Source of the DNA: Thermotogota bacterium
GTDB lineage: Bacteria; Bipolaricaulota; Bipolaricaulia; UBA7950; UBA9294
Assembly (NCBI GenBank): GCA_039679545.1
Contig: JBDKUT010000087.1
Coordinates: 1-35,595, forward strand
DNA: 35,595 bases
Direction of reading: 5' to 3'
Position 1 is the first letter of the stretch. Each line of letters begins with the position of its first letter. The notes under the pieces are model-generated. The model ran no database searches, was not told the origin of the DNA, and saw nothing but the letters and a program-made list of their open reading frames with translations. The translations under genes were made by a program, and so were the position numbers. This document shows, in pieces, positions 28,036 through 35,595 of the stretch.

Positions 28036-29643
28036 ATGGATTCCAGGATGGAGGGGCGGAAGGATGGTGACGAGGGCTCTCACGGCTTGGGCAGGCCGGC
28101 GGAGAGCAGCGGCGGCGTGGGCAGGACTCGGCGAGGAGAGAAAGACGACGGTCCGTTGTCGGAGACAATCCTCCGGCTCAGCCGGTGCACTCGCGTCGAT
28201 GAGATCTGCGAGCTTGTTGCCGCCGCGGTCCACGGGCTTCTGCCGACCGCCTATGTGATCGTTACGCTGTACGACCCGGCGGTTGGCGCCGTTCGTTGGC
28301 GTTGTGACCGCGGCCTCGAACATCACGAGGAGTTCCTCAAGAGGCTCGTCGGGACAGACCGCACGGCGAGGGTTTTCGTCCGCCCGAAGGCCGTAGGAAG
28401 GACTGACACCGCCGATTCGAGCGGACGACTGGTCGCCTGTCCGGGAGGAATCTTTGACCTTCTCGGCGGCGTGGTCTCCGAATCCATCTGCACCCTCTTC
28501 CGGCGAACGCTGCGCATTGGGGCGGTGTACCACGTCGCGTTCTCGCTCGACGGCAAGCCAGTGGGCGGCGTCACGCTGCTGTTGCATCGGGGAACCCAGC
28601 TCGATCACGCGGCGACCATCGAAGGCATCGTGCGCCACGCCTCCGTCGAGATCCTTCGGTTGGATGCCAAGGAGGAGATTAGCCGGATCGCTGGCCGCCT
28701 GGCTCTCGCCACCGAGTCCGCGCGGATCGGAGTCTGGGACCTGGATCTAGCTCACGACCACCTCGAGTGGGATTCCCGAATGTTTGAGCTGTACGGCATC
28801 TCCGCCGCCGACTTCGCGGGCTCGTACGACGCGTGGCGGCGGGCGCTTCATCCCGACGATGCCCGGTCCATCGAGGGAGCCCTTAAGGCCGCCATTCGGG
28901 GAGAGCGAGAATTCCACACGCACTTTCGAGTCTGCTGGCCCAGTGGGACTGTGCGTCACATCGAGGCCCACGGCATGGTCCTTCGCGCTGCGGACGGCAC
29001 TCCCGAACGCGTCATCGGAGTCAATTGGGACGTGACGGATCGAGCGCTGGCCGAGGAGCGTCTGAAAGCGAGGCTGGAAGGGACGGTTCGCGTTGTTGCT
29101 GCATTGACCGACCTGCGCGACCCGTACACGGCCGGCCATCAGCATGAAGTCACGCGACTGGCTTGCGCGGTGGCCGAGGCCCTGGGCCTCGCGGCGGATC
29201 GTCTGGAAGGGTTGCGGGTCGCCGCTTCGTTGCACGACATCGGCAAGATCTCTGTTCCAGCGGAGATCCTCGCCAAGCCGAGCGAGCTGACCGCGGCGGA
29301 GTTCGGCCTGATTCGGGCCCATCCACGGGCCGCGCACGATGTTCTGAAAGGGATCGACTTTCCATGGCCGGTCGCCGACATCGTCCTTCAGCATCACGAG
29401 TGGCTCGATGGATCTGGGTACCCGCAGGGGCTCCGTGGCGACGATATTCTTCTTGAGGCGCGGATCCTCGCTGTGGCGGACGTTGTGGAAGCGATGTGCT
29501 CCCATCGCCCGTACCGCCCCGCCATGGGGCTCCAAGCGGCCCTCGACGAGCTACGGAAGAACCGTGGCGTTCTCTACGATCCGGCCGTCGTCGATACCTG
29601 CATCGACGTCTTTTCGCGAGGGGGATTCGCGTTTGGCGCCTAG
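28036..29643 (+). CDS. PAS + HD-GYP domain protein (putative cyclic-dinucleotide phosphodiesterase) with N-terminal GAF-like region
   Basis: IGVWDLD...WDSRMFELYG...LHPDD...VIGVNWDVT (PAS/PAC); RDPYTAGH, LHDIGK, HHEWLDGSGYP, AVADVVEAM.SHRPYR. Start uncertain. Confidence 0.9.
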   Translation: MDSRMEGRKDGDEGSHGLGRPAESSGGVGRTRRGEKDDGPLSETILRLSRCTRVDEICELVAAAVHGLLPTAYVIVTLYDPAVGAVRWRCDRGLEHHEEFLKRLVGTDRTARVFVRPKAVGRTDTADSSGRLVACPGGIFDLLGGVVSESICTLFRRTLRIGAVYHVAFSLDGKPVGGVTLLLHRGTQLDHAATIEGIVRHASVEILRLDAKEEISRIAGRLALATESARIGVWDLDLAHDHLEWDSRMFELYGISAADFAGSYDAWRRALHPDDARSIEGALKAAIRGEREFHTHFRVCWPSGTVRHIEAHGMVLRAADGTPERVIGVNWDVTDRALAEERLKARLEGTVRVVAALTDLRDPYTAGHQHEVTRLACAVAEALGLAADRLEGLRVAASLHDIGKISVPAEILAKPSELTAAEFGLIRAHPRAAHDVLKGIDFPWPVADIVLQHHEWLDGSGYPQGLRGDDILLEARILAVADVVEAMCSHRPYRPAMGLQAALDELRKNRGVLYDPAVVDTCIDVFSRGGFAFGA

Positions 29644-29712
29644 CCACGACCAGCACATTCTGTGTGAAGCCAATTGGAATCAGACTTCTCGTCCTCGCAG
29701 GTCTGTGTGGCC

Positions 29713-29741
29713 TTGACGAATGCGTCTCGCTCGCCTATGGT
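29713..29741 (+). promoter_or_regulatory. Putative sigma70 promoter of the thr operon leader
   Basis: TTGACG (29713-29718), 17-nt spacer, TATGGT (29736-29741). Confidence 0.6.
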
Positions 29742-29786
29742 AAGCGTATCATGACCGAACTCGTGAGAGGTCCCGAGAGCGCAGGA

Positions 29787-29846
29787 ATGACCGTTTCCGC
29801 CTCGGTACTGATGGGTCTCGGTACGACGACGATCGTGGCCGTCTAA
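29787..29846 (+). CDS. Putative thr operon leader peptide MTVSASVLMGLGTTTIVAV
   Basis: Short ORF with ACG ACG ACG ATC (Thr3-Ile, 29823-29834) between the promoter and a terminator upstream of hom. In-frame alternative ATGs at 29751 and 29811. Confidence 0.65.
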   Translation: MTVSASVLMGLGTTTIVAV

Positions 29847-29878
29847 CTCCGCGTTCGAGCGGAGCTGGATGGCTTGTG

Positions 29879-29913
29879 AGACTGCAGGCAATGCCTGCGG
29901 TCTTTTCTTTTTT
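29879..29913 (+). terminator. Intrinsic terminator (attenuator) upstream of hom
   Basis: AGACTGCAGGC-AAT-GCCTGCGGTCT stem-loop (one G-U pair) followed by TTTCTTTTTT, ending immediately before the hom RBS GGGGAGG. Confidence 0.8.
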
Positions 29914-29929
29914 GGGGAGGTAGACCGAG

Positions 29930-30994
29930 GTGCTGAGGGAAACGGACACAGTCATGGACGTAGCGGTTGTGGGGTTGGGCCGCGTGGGGAGGGCCTTCGC
30001 GAGACAGCTCTTCAACGTCGACCTACGCGTGCGCCTTGTCGCGCTGGCCGATCGGCGAGGACACCTTGTGTGTCCGGAAGGGTTTGCGGCTTCGGTCGTC
30101 GAGCGAATTCTCTCGGCGAAAGCCGACGGCGGGGCAATCTCCGACGTTGCCGAAGCGACGCCGGGAGCGTTGCCTGTCTTCCGGATGGCCACAGCGGGGA
30201 CGACGTTCGTCGACACAACCGCGGCGGCGGGAATGGCTCCCGTGTGGGAAGCCGCGCTCGATGCCGGGGCGGGCGTCGTCCTGGCAAACAAGCTCCCACT
30301 CAGCGAGGCGTACGTGACCTCCGCGGCGCTCTTTGCCGCTCCGAGGCTGCGGTATGAGGCGACCGTGGGAGCCGGGCTTCCGGTGCTGTCTACCCTCCGC
30401 ACGTTGCGCCTCACCGGAGACTCCATTGTGCGGATCGACGCCGCCGTCAGCGGCACGTTGGGGTTCATTGCAGGGAGAGTGCGGGAAGGACATCGCCTGT
30501 CCCAGGCGGTCTCCGATGCGATCGACCTCGGCTTTGCGGAGCCGGATCCTCGAGAGGACCTCCTCGGGCGCGACGTCGCCCGCAAGGCTCTGATCCTCGG
30601 ACGCTCGGCCGGCTGGCCGCTCGAGGAGGTCGACCTTGACGTCACTCCCTTTGTGCGGGGAAAAGGTTCCTTCGGCGCTTCGCAGTTCTTGGCACGGATT
30701 GCAGAGGAAGACGCCGGCGTTGCGGCACAGTTCCGGGAGGCGGAGCGGAAGGGCGAGACGCTCGTGTACCGGGCATCGATTCAGGCAAGCGGGGCGGCGA
30801 TCGGCCTCGCGTCCGTTCCGTCAGCCGATCCGCTTGCTGGACTTCGGGGCGGCGAGAACCGCGTCGCCTTCTTCACGCGCCGTTGCCCCGAGTCTCCCGT
30901 CTCGATTGCCGGGCCCGGTGCCGGTCCAGAGGTCACAGCGGCGGGCGTTCTCGGCGATCTCATCGACCTGGCTGCGAGGGAGGAACGACGATGA
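29930..30994 (+). CDS. hom: Homoserine dehydrogenase (ThrA-domain-like, no ACT domain)
   Basis: VVGLGRVG, VLANK, YEATVGAGLP, SGTL, EPDPREDL.G.DVARK, GPGAGPEVTAAGV. Confidence 0.92.
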   Translation: MLRETDTVMDVAVVGLGRVGRAFARQLFNVDLRVRLVALADRRGHLVCPEGFAASVVERILSAKADGGAISDVAEATPGALPVFRMATAGTTFVDTTAAAGMAPVWEAALDAGAGVVLANKLPLSEAYVTSAALFAAPRLRYEATVGAGLPVLSTLRTLRLTGDSIVRIDAAVSGTLGFIAGRVREGHRLSQAVSDAIDLGFAEPDPREDLLGRDVARKALILGRSAGWPLEEVDLDVTPFVRGKGSFGASQFLARIAEEDAGVAAQFREAERKGETLVYRASIQASGAAIGLASVPSADPLAGLRGGENRVAFFTRRCPESPVSIAGPGAGPEVTAAGVLGDLIDLAAREERR

Positions 30995-32391
30995 CCACAC
31001 TCGTTCTGAAGTTCGGAGGCACCTCGGTTGGAAACGCTGACGCGATATTGCGTGCGGCGGATCTTGTGCTTGAACGCGTCCGTGCCGGCAACGGAGTCGC
31101 CGTGGTGGTCTCTGCAATGAGCGGCGTCACCGACGCGCTGACGCAAGGGATCCAAGCCGCGGCCATCGGAGACGACGAACTCCCTCGTCGTGTGGCAGCC
31201 GATGTTCTGGAACGACATTTCGTTGCCGCAGAAGTCCTCGGGGTCGAGAACGCGTCCGAGTTGAACGCCGCGGCCCAGGAGACAATGGACGAGTACCTGG
31301 CCGTCTGCGACAGCGTCCGCGTGCTCGGCGAAGCGACGCCACGCGCCCTCGACCGGGCAACGTCGCGCGGCGAACCGCTCCTGGCCCGGCTGCTGGCGGC
31401 GGTGCTTGCCGCGAGGGGAGTTGAGGCCGTCGCGATCGATCCTACGGAGGTCATCGTCACGGACTCAACGTATCAGAACGCGACGCCGGAGCTCGAGGAG
31501 ACGCGCGAGCGGGCAACGCGAACCCTGCGGCCGCTCATCGCTGCCGGCGTGATCCCCGTCGTAGCAGGCTTCATGGGCGGCACCCGTGACGGTGTGACGA
31601 CGACGCTCGGACGGGGAGGCAGTGACTTCTCTGCGGCAATTCTTGGGTACGCACTCCGAGCGGAGGAGGTTCTGATCTGGACGGACGTGGACGGCGTGAT
31701 GACCGCGGATCCGCGCCTTGTGCCCACGGCGCGCGTCATCCCCGTCCTGTCCTACGGCGAAGTCGGCGAACTTGCCTACTTCGGCGCGAAGGTCCTTCAC
31801 CCGCGCACGATTCGGCCCCTTGTCGACGAACAAATTCCCTTGCGCATCCTGAACACCTTCCGGCCCGAGTGCCCGGGAACTCGCATTCAGCCTGAGGCGG
31901 ACCTCGCGCCGGGCACTGTCAAGGCGGTGACCGACATTCGTGGGCTGTCGCTTGTCACCGTAGAGGGGCGCGGGATGCTCGGTGTGCCTGGAATCGCGGC
32001 GCGTACGTTCGACAGCGTAGCCCGCTGCTGCGCGAATGTGCTGATGATTTCTCAGGCGTCGTCGGAGCAGTCGATCTGCTTCGTGGTGCCGGGTGAGGCC
32101 GCGGCCCAGGTGAAAGCGGAGTTGGACGAGGAGTTCGCGCTGGAGCTGGCCCGCCGGGCGATCGACGAGGTTCGCGTCGTCCCCGACGTGGTCGTCGTGA
32201 CGGCTCTGGGGGCGGGGATGCGCGGGGCCATCGGCGCGGTGGGAAAGGTGCTCGATGCCGTAGGGAGGCGGGGCGTCGACGTGATGGCTCTTGCCCAGGG
32301 CTCGTCGGAGTGGAGCGTTTCGATGGCCGTGACCGCGTCGGACCGAGAGGCGGCCGTGCGTGCCATCCACGATGAGGTGATTGCGCGATGA
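30991..32391 (+). CDS. lysC: Aspartate kinase with two ACT domains
   Basis: VLKFGGTSV, VVVSAMSGVTD, TTLGRGGSDFSA, WTDVDGVMTADP, YFGAKVLHP, SQASSE and AQGSSE. ATG overlaps the hom stop (ATGA). Confidence 0.93.
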   Translation: MTTLVLKFGGTSVGNADAILRAADLVLERVRAGNGVAVVVSAMSGVTDALTQGIQAAAIGDDELPRRVAADVLERHFVAAEVLGVENASELNAAAQETMDEYLAVCDSVRVLGEATPRALDRATSRGEPLLARLLAAVLAARGVEAVAIDPTEVIVTDSTYQNATPELEETRERATRTLRPLIAAGVIPVVAGFMGGTRDGVTTTLGRGGSDFSAAILGYALRAEEVLIWTDVDGVMTADPRLVPTARVIPVLSYGEVGELAYFGAKVLHPRTIRPLVDEQIPLRILNTFRPECPGTRIQPEADLAPGTVKAVTDIRGLSLVTVEGRGMLGVPGIAARTFDSVARCCANVLMISQASSEQSICFVVPGEAAAQVKAELDEEFALELARRAIDEVRVVPDVVVVTALGAGMRGAIGAVGKVLDAVGRRGVDVMALAQGSSEWSVSMAVTASDREAAVRAIHDEVIAR

Positions 32392-33443
32392 AACGGATTC
32401 AAGTAGGGATTCTGGGAGCCACGGGGACCGTCGGGCAGGGATTTGTTCGACTCCTCGCTGGTCACCCGTGGTTCGAGGTTGCGGCGGTGGCCGCCTCGGA
32501 GCGTAGCGCTGGAAAGTCGTTCGGGGAAGCCTGTCGTTGGCGCCTTTCCGCTCCGCTTCCCGATCGGGTCGGACGCCTTCCCGTCCTTCCGCTCGACCCG
32601 CGTGGGATGGCCGGAATCCCACTCGTGTTCTCCGCACTTCCGGCAGACGTGGCGTGCGACGTCGAGCCCAGCTTCGTTGCGGAGGGGTTCGCGGTCTCCT
32701 CGAACGCGTCCTCGTACCGACAGCAGTCCGACGTTCCGCTCGTTATCCCGGAGGTCAACCCGGACCATCTGAGGCTGATCGACCTCCAGCGGCGGGTGCC
32801 CGGAAAAGGGGGCTTCCTCGTTACGAACCCCAACTGCACGACCACAGGGATTGCGCTTGCGCTGAAACCTCTTCACGATGCGTTCGAACTGAGCAGCGTC
32901 GTGGCCACGTCGATGCAAGCGGTGTCCGGAGCCGGCTACCCGGGCGTGGCCTCGCTCGACATCCTGGACAACGTGGTTCCGTGGATCTTCGGCGAGGAGG
33001 AGAAGATTGAGACCGAAACCCGGCTTCTGCTGGGTCACATCGATGGGCGCGGCAAGGTGAAGGCGGAATTCGAGGTGAGCGCGCACGCCAATCGTGTTTC
33101 GGTTCTCGACGGGCACACGGTCTGCCTCTCGCTCGGTTTCCAGCGTCCGTGCGCTCCGCGCGACGCGATCGATGTCCTACACATGTTCCGTGGAGCCAGC
33201 GTGGACTTGGACCTTCCCAGCGCCCCGGAGCGGCCCGTTCTCGTTCGCGAGGAGGGAGACCGGCCGCAACCGCGCCTCGACCGGGATGCTGGCCGAGGAA
33301 TGACGGTGACGGTCGGTCGAGTCCGCACGTGCTCGGTGCTCGACCTCAAGTTGGTCCTCGTTGTCCACAACACGGTGCGTGGGGCTGCGGGGGGGTCGAT
33401 CGAGAACGGCGAACTGCTCGTCCGAGGGGGGTGGTTGTCATGA
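32388..33443 (+). CDS. asd: Aspartate-semialdehyde dehydrogenase (archaeal/fungal-like subtype)
   Basis: GILGATGTVGQ, VPLVIPEVN, NPNCTT (catalytic Cys), MQAVSGAGYPG, PQPRLDR, HNTVRGAAG. Confidence 0.95.
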   Translation: MKRIQVGILGATGTVGQGFVRLLAGHPWFEVAAVAASERSAGKSFGEACRWRLSAPLPDRVGRLPVLPLDPRGMAGIPLVFSALPADVACDVEPSFVAEGFAVSSNASSYRQQSDVPLVIPEVNPDHLRLIDLQRRVPGKGGFLVTNPNCTTTGIALALKPLHDAFELSSVVATSMQAVSGAGYPGVASLDILDNVVPWIFGEEEKIETETRLLLGHIDGRGKVKAEFEVSAHANRVSVLDGHTVCLSLGFQRPCAPRDAIDVLHMFRGASVDLDLPSAPERPVLVREEGDRPQPRLDRDAGRGMTVTVGRVRTCSVLDLKLVLVVHNTVRGAAGGSIENGELLVRGGWLS

Positions 33444-34558
33444 GGTTTCGAGGAGAGGGAACTATCCAGGACGTCGTCGGGGATCTTCTCCTCTACCGGA
33501 ATCTCGTTCCGGTGGACCGGCGTCTCCCCGGGATCGACGAGCTTCGAAAGAGGCTCGGGATCCTCGCCGGGGAGCACCCGCGGAAGGGAACGGAGCGGCA
33601 TGCCCGCGTGGTTGCCGAGATCGTCCAGGCGGCGGGGAGGCAAGCGGGGACGGCGGACGATCTCGCGCGATGGATCTACGTGGGGGATACGCGGCAGAGC
33701 GACGGTGCGACCTTCCGGGGATTGTGTCGAGTCACGGGGCGTCCTGGGTGGGCGTTCATCGCCGGCGAGTCCGACGTGCCGGGCTCGGAGGAGAGCCACG
33801 CAGACAGCCACCTCGTGTTTGGCCATCGTTGGGCGGAGATTGACGCGTTCTTCGCCGCGGCCGGCGCAGCGGGGTTCGGTTGCGGTCCCAACACCGCGGT
33901 CATTGTGGATCTCGACAAGACGCTCCTCGGGGCTCGCGGACGCAACGACCACGTCGTCGATAATGCCCGCACTGCGGCAGCCCTGTCCGTGGTGGGCGAA
34001 GCCGTCGGCTCGACGGAGTCAGCGGGGTTGGCGGACATCTATGCGGAGATCAACCACTCCCGGTTTCGGGACTTCGTGGAGGACAACCAGGACGTCGTCG
34101 TTTACCTCTCGACGCTCGTCGTTTCCGGATCCGTGTCGTTGTCCGACCTTGAGGTCCGTAGGACCGATCAAGCGGACAAGGGATTCCGCGCGTTCCTTGA
34201 GGAGGTCAACCGACGGCGAAGGAGCCTCTCTCCGGGCATGCGTTCGTTCCACGATGACGTCTACGGCCGCGCGTCGGCGGGGTGTCCCACGCTCGTTCCC
34301 GCGTTTCGCCGTGCCGAGTACCGAGAGACCGTCGCGCGCATGTCGAATGCGGCCGCCGACGCGCCGGTCGGTCGGCTTTTGGAGGAGCGGGTAGCGATCA
34401 CGGGGGAAGTCTGGGACGTTCTTCGGGCGTGGCGGGAGCGCGGTGCGCTCATCTTCGCGTTGTCGGACAAACCGGACGAGGCGGCGTTCCCGTCGGCGGG
34501 GGCGCCGGTCGACGCGCGGCCGATCCACGCTACGCCGACCTGCATCATCGGAGGATGA
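33440..34558 (+). CDS. Uncharacterised protein; probable circularly permuted HAD-superfamily phosphatase/phosphotransferase
   Basis: ATG overlaps the asd stop (ATGA) and its stop is 2 nt before thrC. HAD-like motifs occur in the order PRK (III), WIYVGDTRQSD (IV), VIVDLDKTL (I), LIFALSDKP (II). Confidence 0.7.
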   Translation: MRFRGEGTIQDVVGDLLLYRNLVPVDRRLPGIDELRKRLGILAGEHPRKGTERHARVVAEIVQAAGRQAGTADDLARWIYVGDTRQSDGATFRGLCRVTGRPGWAFIAGESDVPGSEESHADSHLVFGHRWAEIDAFFAAAGAAGFGCGPNTAVIVDLDKTLLGARGRNDHVVDNARTAAALSVVGEAVGSTESAGLADIYAEINHSRFRDFVEDNQDVVVYLSTLVVSGSVSLSDLEVRRTDQADKGFRAFLEEVNRRRRSLSPGMRSFHDDVYGRASAGCPTLVPAFRRAEYRETVARMSNAAADAPVGRLLEERVAITGEVWDVLRAWRERGALIFALSDKPDEAAFPSAGAPVDARPIHATPTCIIGG

Positions 34559-34560
34559 AC

Positions 34561-35595
34561 ATGGCGAAACGGCTCTCGTGCTGGTACGCGTGCGTTCGCG
34601 GCTGTGAGGGAAGAGTCCCGATGGGCGGGACGGTGTACGAGTGTCCCCGGTGCGGCGGCCTCGTCGACGTCGAGCATGACCTCGACGCCCTGAAGGAGCG
34701 GTCCGCGGAGGAGTGGAAGAGCCTGTTCCGCGAGCGGGCCGCGGCCGCCGCGTGGCCGATGTCGAGCGGGGTCTGGAGTCGCCGCGAGCTGGTCCTGCCC
34801 TCGATTCGTGACGAGCACATCGTGTCGCTCGGAGAGGGGCGGACGCCCCTCGTCCCGCTTCCGCGACTTGCCCGCACCCTCGCACTTCGGGAGCTGTGGG
34901 TCAAGCAGTGCGGGACGAGCGCGACCGGATCGTTCAAGGATCTCGGGATGACCGTCCTCGTCTCCGCCGTGCGGCAGGCCATCTCCGACGGTGCGCCCCT
35001 CCGGGCCATCGCGTGCGCGTCGACGGGAGACACGTCAGCGGCGCTCGCGGCATACGGCGCGGCGGCCGGCATCCCCACGATCGTCTTCCTCCCGCGGGGC
35101 AAGGTCACACCTGCGCAGCTCGTGCAGCCGCGGGCCAACGGGGCCATCGTGCTTGCCCTCGACGGGGACTTCGACGACTGCATGCGCGTTGTTCGAGACG
35201 TCACGGCTGACCGGACGATCTACCTTGCCAACTCCCTGAACGCGCTCCGAATCGAGGGGCAGAAGACGGTGGCGATCGAGATCGCTGAGCAGCTCGGCTG
35301 GAGTGTGCCAGACTGGGTCGTCGTCCCGTGCGGAAACCTCGGCAACGTGGCGGCGATCGGAAAGGGGTTTCTCCTGCTCCGCGAGCTCAATTTGATTGAC
35401 CGCCTCCCCCGAATTGCGGCCGCACAGGCAGAGAACGCCGACCCGCTCTACCGGAGCTACCAGACCGACTTCCGGAGATTCGATCCGCAACAGGCTCGGG
35501 CGACGCTTGCAACGGCTATCCAGATCGGGAATCCCGTCAGCTACGAGCGGGCGGTGCTCGTCCTGCGTCAGTTGGACGGAGTCGTCGAGCATGCA
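34561..35595 (+). CDS. thrC: Threonine synthase, truncated by window end
   Basis: Not in the ORF track (no stop in window). From ATG 34561 (GGAGG upstream): YECPRCGG, SLGEGRTPL, TGSFKDLGM (PLP lysine), ASTGDTSAALAAY, LANSLNALRIEGQKT, PCGNLGN, TLATAIQIGNPVS. Confidence 0.95.
   Translation, partial: MAKRLSCWYACVRGCEGRVPMGGTVYECPRCGGLVDVEHDLDALKERSAEEWKSLFRERAAAAAWPMSSGVWSRRELVLPSIRDEHIVSLGEGRTPLVPLPRLARTLALRELWVKQCGTSATGSFKDLGMTVLVSAVRQAISDGAPLRAIACASTGDTSAALAAYGAAAGIPTIVFLPRGKVTPAQLVQPRANGAIVLALDGDFDDCMRVVRDVTADRTIYLANSLNALRIEGQKTVAIEIAEQLGWSVPDWVVVPCGNLGNVAAIGKGFLLLRELNLIDRLPRIAAAQAENADPLYRSYQTDFRRFDPQQARATLATAIQIGNPVSYERAVLVLRQLDGVVEHA

Noticed and set aside
29745..29913. T-box or SAM/lysine riboswitch as the explanation for the thr leader
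   Set aside because: No T-box GGTGGTACC-type consensus or recognisable riboswitch core; the Thr-codon uORF explains the layout better. An Rfam scan would settle it.

Overview
High-GC bacterial window; the taxon cannot be fixed from sequence alone. Left part (1-13 kb) is accessory: the 3' end of an IS110-family element, a secreted WD40 / papain-like (C1A) protease / YfaP-like multidomain gene, an alpha/beta hydrolase, a Fic protein, a flavodoxin-like protein, and a six-gene RiPP-like operon (PqqD/RRE protein with a fused lasso-leader-like YxxPxL tail, GT2, GT4, two HPr-kinase-like proteins, a double nucleotidyltransferase) that has no cyclase or leader peptidase. Middle part (13-29.6 kb) is mostly housekeeping: three MFS transporters, PiT + DUF47, glyQS, a hydrolase, two GNATs, tex, a PlsC-like acyltransferase, a stand-alone fusA and a PAS/HD-GYP protein. 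Right part (29.7-35.6 kb) is a threonine operon (hom, aspartate kinase, asd, unknown ORF, thrC running off the window) preceded by a promoter, a Thr-Thr-Thr-Ile leader peptide and an intrinsic terminator, i.e. a probable ribosome-mediated attenuator. The two strongest novelty candidates are (1) the unknown thr-operon ORF, which reads as a circularly permuted HAD phosphotransferase sitting where homoserine kinase would be expected, and (2) the RRE-leader-fusion kinase/nucleotidyltransferase/glycosyltransferase operon. All family calls come from motif recognition by eye; no searches were run.
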